Shown here in pieces: positions 62,234-64,000 of a stretch of DNA of 64,000 nucleotides. This DNA comes from Sphaeroforma arctica JP610 (Eukaryota): contig NW_014040245.1 in the NCBI RefSeq assembly GCF_001186125.1, forward strand, positions 8,294-72,293. Direction: 5' to 3'. Every line of letters starts with the position of its first letter. Position 1 is the stretch's first letter. The notes beneath the pieces were generated by a model. The model saw only the letters and a program-made list of their open reading frames with translations, was not told where the DNA came from and did no database searches. The position numbers were made by a program, and so were the translations under genes.

Positions 62234-62896
62234 GCTGCGCTATTTGCTAAGGCCTACTAACTTATAGCGTGGTCCAATTTTAGATTGTATCTGTAATCTG
62301 GGGTAAATGTTTTACCAAATACAGTAGACAGGTTGAGGTAATAGTTTTTCGCGATGGATACAAAGGAGGCTTTTGCCTTCTAGCTTCAGCCACATTTCAC
62401 GTGCAAACGTTTGTTATGTTGATCGAAAATGTTGGCCAGTGGGCGATGGCCCAGGCCATGGCCCCCACACCCGCCCAGGCCATGGCCCCGACAAGAGAAA
62501 GCAGTTCTATTATTAGATTTGGGACATTTATCGGACAATATAGCTGTCAACTTTTACATCATAGGATATAATCAGACACAAAAGCTTTCTACAATTGGAT
62601 TTCGGCATGTATCGGACATAGATTATTAGATTTAGGACAGTCATCGGACAAAAAAGTTGTCTATTATTAGATTTTAAAAAGAACATTCATTTTGGCGGGT
62701 TACCGATTTTCTCGTCTGGAGTCTGTTAAACGTGTACTGGGGTGTACTGGGGTGTATTTGAATACATGATATACTGTACTATACTGACAAGTTCGAGTAC
62801 GAGAACGTTTTGGTGGATAGCTAGCTAGCTAAGGTGGTCAAGTATATAATGCCTACTTCGTGACATTCGTAGAGATTGTGTGTCCCTTCCAACATA
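62234..62896. promoter_or_regulatory. Probable bidirectional promoter between STRAP and the WW-domain gene
   Basis: Divergent ATGs ~660 bp apart. Contains GCCCAGGCCATGGCCCC twice and repeated TCGGACA / CTATTATTAGATTT motifs. Confidence 0.55.
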
Positions 62897-64000
62897 ATGG
62901 CATCTGATGAAGAGCCCTCCATCTACGAATGGACCGCTCTGGTGGACGGCAACACCGGGCACTATTACTACTGGAATACATTTGACGGCAGCGTTGTGTG
63001 GCAACTGCCTGTCGATGCGAAGGGCTACAATGTATACGTACAGGAGGAAAATGGGACTCAGGTGCTGGCCTCGATAGCACTGAAGACAGAAGGGTCCACT
63101 AATTTACACGACAGTGTATCAATAACCCCTGATGATTCGCCACCTGGGGTCGATGCGGTAGGTGTAGGAGAAGCTACGATAGGCAATAAGAGTATAAGTA
63201 CAAGTATACACACAAGTACACTTAGTTCACCAGTACTTAGAAACGATGGCGTACAAACAGATACAGGCGCCATAGCGAAAAGTACGAAGGTGGGGCTTGG
63301 CACGACGGAGCAGAGCAGCTTCACAGGGGCTGCATCTGTGTCGAAGGGGCCTATACTGAAACGAGACCTGAAAGTTGTTGGGGATACGGATACTACACTG
63401 ACTGCAAGTAATAGACTGATTAATGTGATTAGTCCAGGTAAGGCCAGTGGTGTAGACACGGCTAACCGCACACCTAAGGACGATGTTAAGGTCGCTCAGA
63501 CAGTACAGAAGGGCCCTGGGTTGAAGGTGGGCGTCACAAAGGCAGCATCAACCCAGTCGTCAGATACCTCTACGGCGTCTGGTTCTGCGCACACCCTGTC
63601 GAGCTGGCCAGTTTTAGTTCGGAATGCACAACTCACTAGAGATATAAAGGAGGCCGCTTCACCCGCGTTGACGCCTGCAGGTGAACATACATCTGCAGAT
63701 ACTACCGAACCGGTACATACACCAAAACCGCATGTCACAATCGATACTGACAATATGAAAGACACCCTCGCCGCTGTTAGTAAAGCTAAGCCAGTAGATA
63801 CGGTCACCTCAATTAACAATGAGGGCACCTCTTCCAGTATATCAGATGAGTCTAAGGCGGTTGCGAAATCCGGATCGTTGTTAGGAGGGTTGGCGTCTGT
63901 GAATTATTCATCGTCGTCGGATGGGTCCGATTCAGAGCCGGAATCGGACAGTGACACAGAAAAGGACAGAATGGACTCTATGGCCACGGGCCAATGGTAT
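62897..64000 (+). CDS. WW-domain protein, FNBP4-like (runs off window end)
   Basis: Open frame from ATG 62897 to the window end, absent from the ORF track because there is no stop. WW domain EWTALVDGNTGHYYYWNTFDGSVVWQLP, long S/T-rich linker, then LLGGLASVNYSSSSDGSDSE. Confidence 0.8.
   Translation, partial: MASDEEPSIYEWTALVDGNTGHYYYWNTFDGSVVWQLPVDAKGYNVYVQEENGTQVLASIALKTEGSTNLHDSVSITPDDSPPGVDAVGVGEATIGNKSISTSIHTSTLSSPVLRNDGVQTDTGAIAKSTKVGLGTTEQSSFTGAASVSKGPILKRDLKVVGDTDTTLTASNRLINVISPGKASGVDTANRTPKDDVKVAQTVQKGPGLKVGVTKAASTQSSDTSTASGSAHTLSSWPVLVRNAQLTRDIKEAASPALTPAGEHTSADTTEPVHTPKPHVTIDTDNMKDTLAAVSKAKPVDTVTSINNEGTSSSISDESKAVAKSGSLLGGLASVNYSSSSDGSDSEPESDSDTEKDRMDSMATGQWY

Overview
Eukaryotic, intron-rich draft-genome window with (AT)n/(AC)n-filled introns and N gaps. 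The animal-like housekeeping genes suggest a unicellular holozoan such as an ichthyosporean, but that is inference. Reading GT-AG junctions by hand gives frame-consistent models for: FTase/GGTase-I alpha (5'-partial), PP2A catalytic subunit, UDP-glucose 6-dehydrogenase, NDUFA12, a 477-aa intronless orphan, CCT2, a bacterial beta-class-like GST, an ankyrin+DHHC palmitoyltransferase, a 10-exon LicD/FKRP-like nucleotidyltransferase, a thioredoxin, STRAP and a WW-domain (FNBP4-like) protein (3'-partial). There is also an internally deleted pogo/Tigger-type transposon. The most notable observations are: (1) a duplicated H/ACA-type snoRNA candidate in two adjacent CCT2 introns, with covariation and a plausible LSU rRNA guide; (2) an intron-containing GST that looks bacterial (HGT candidate); (3) the FKRP/LicD-like enzyme, which the ORF track largely misses; (4) a PHD-like finger in the pogo element; (5) a GCCCAGGCC motif shared by several promoters. 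All homology calls come from motif recognition, not database searches.
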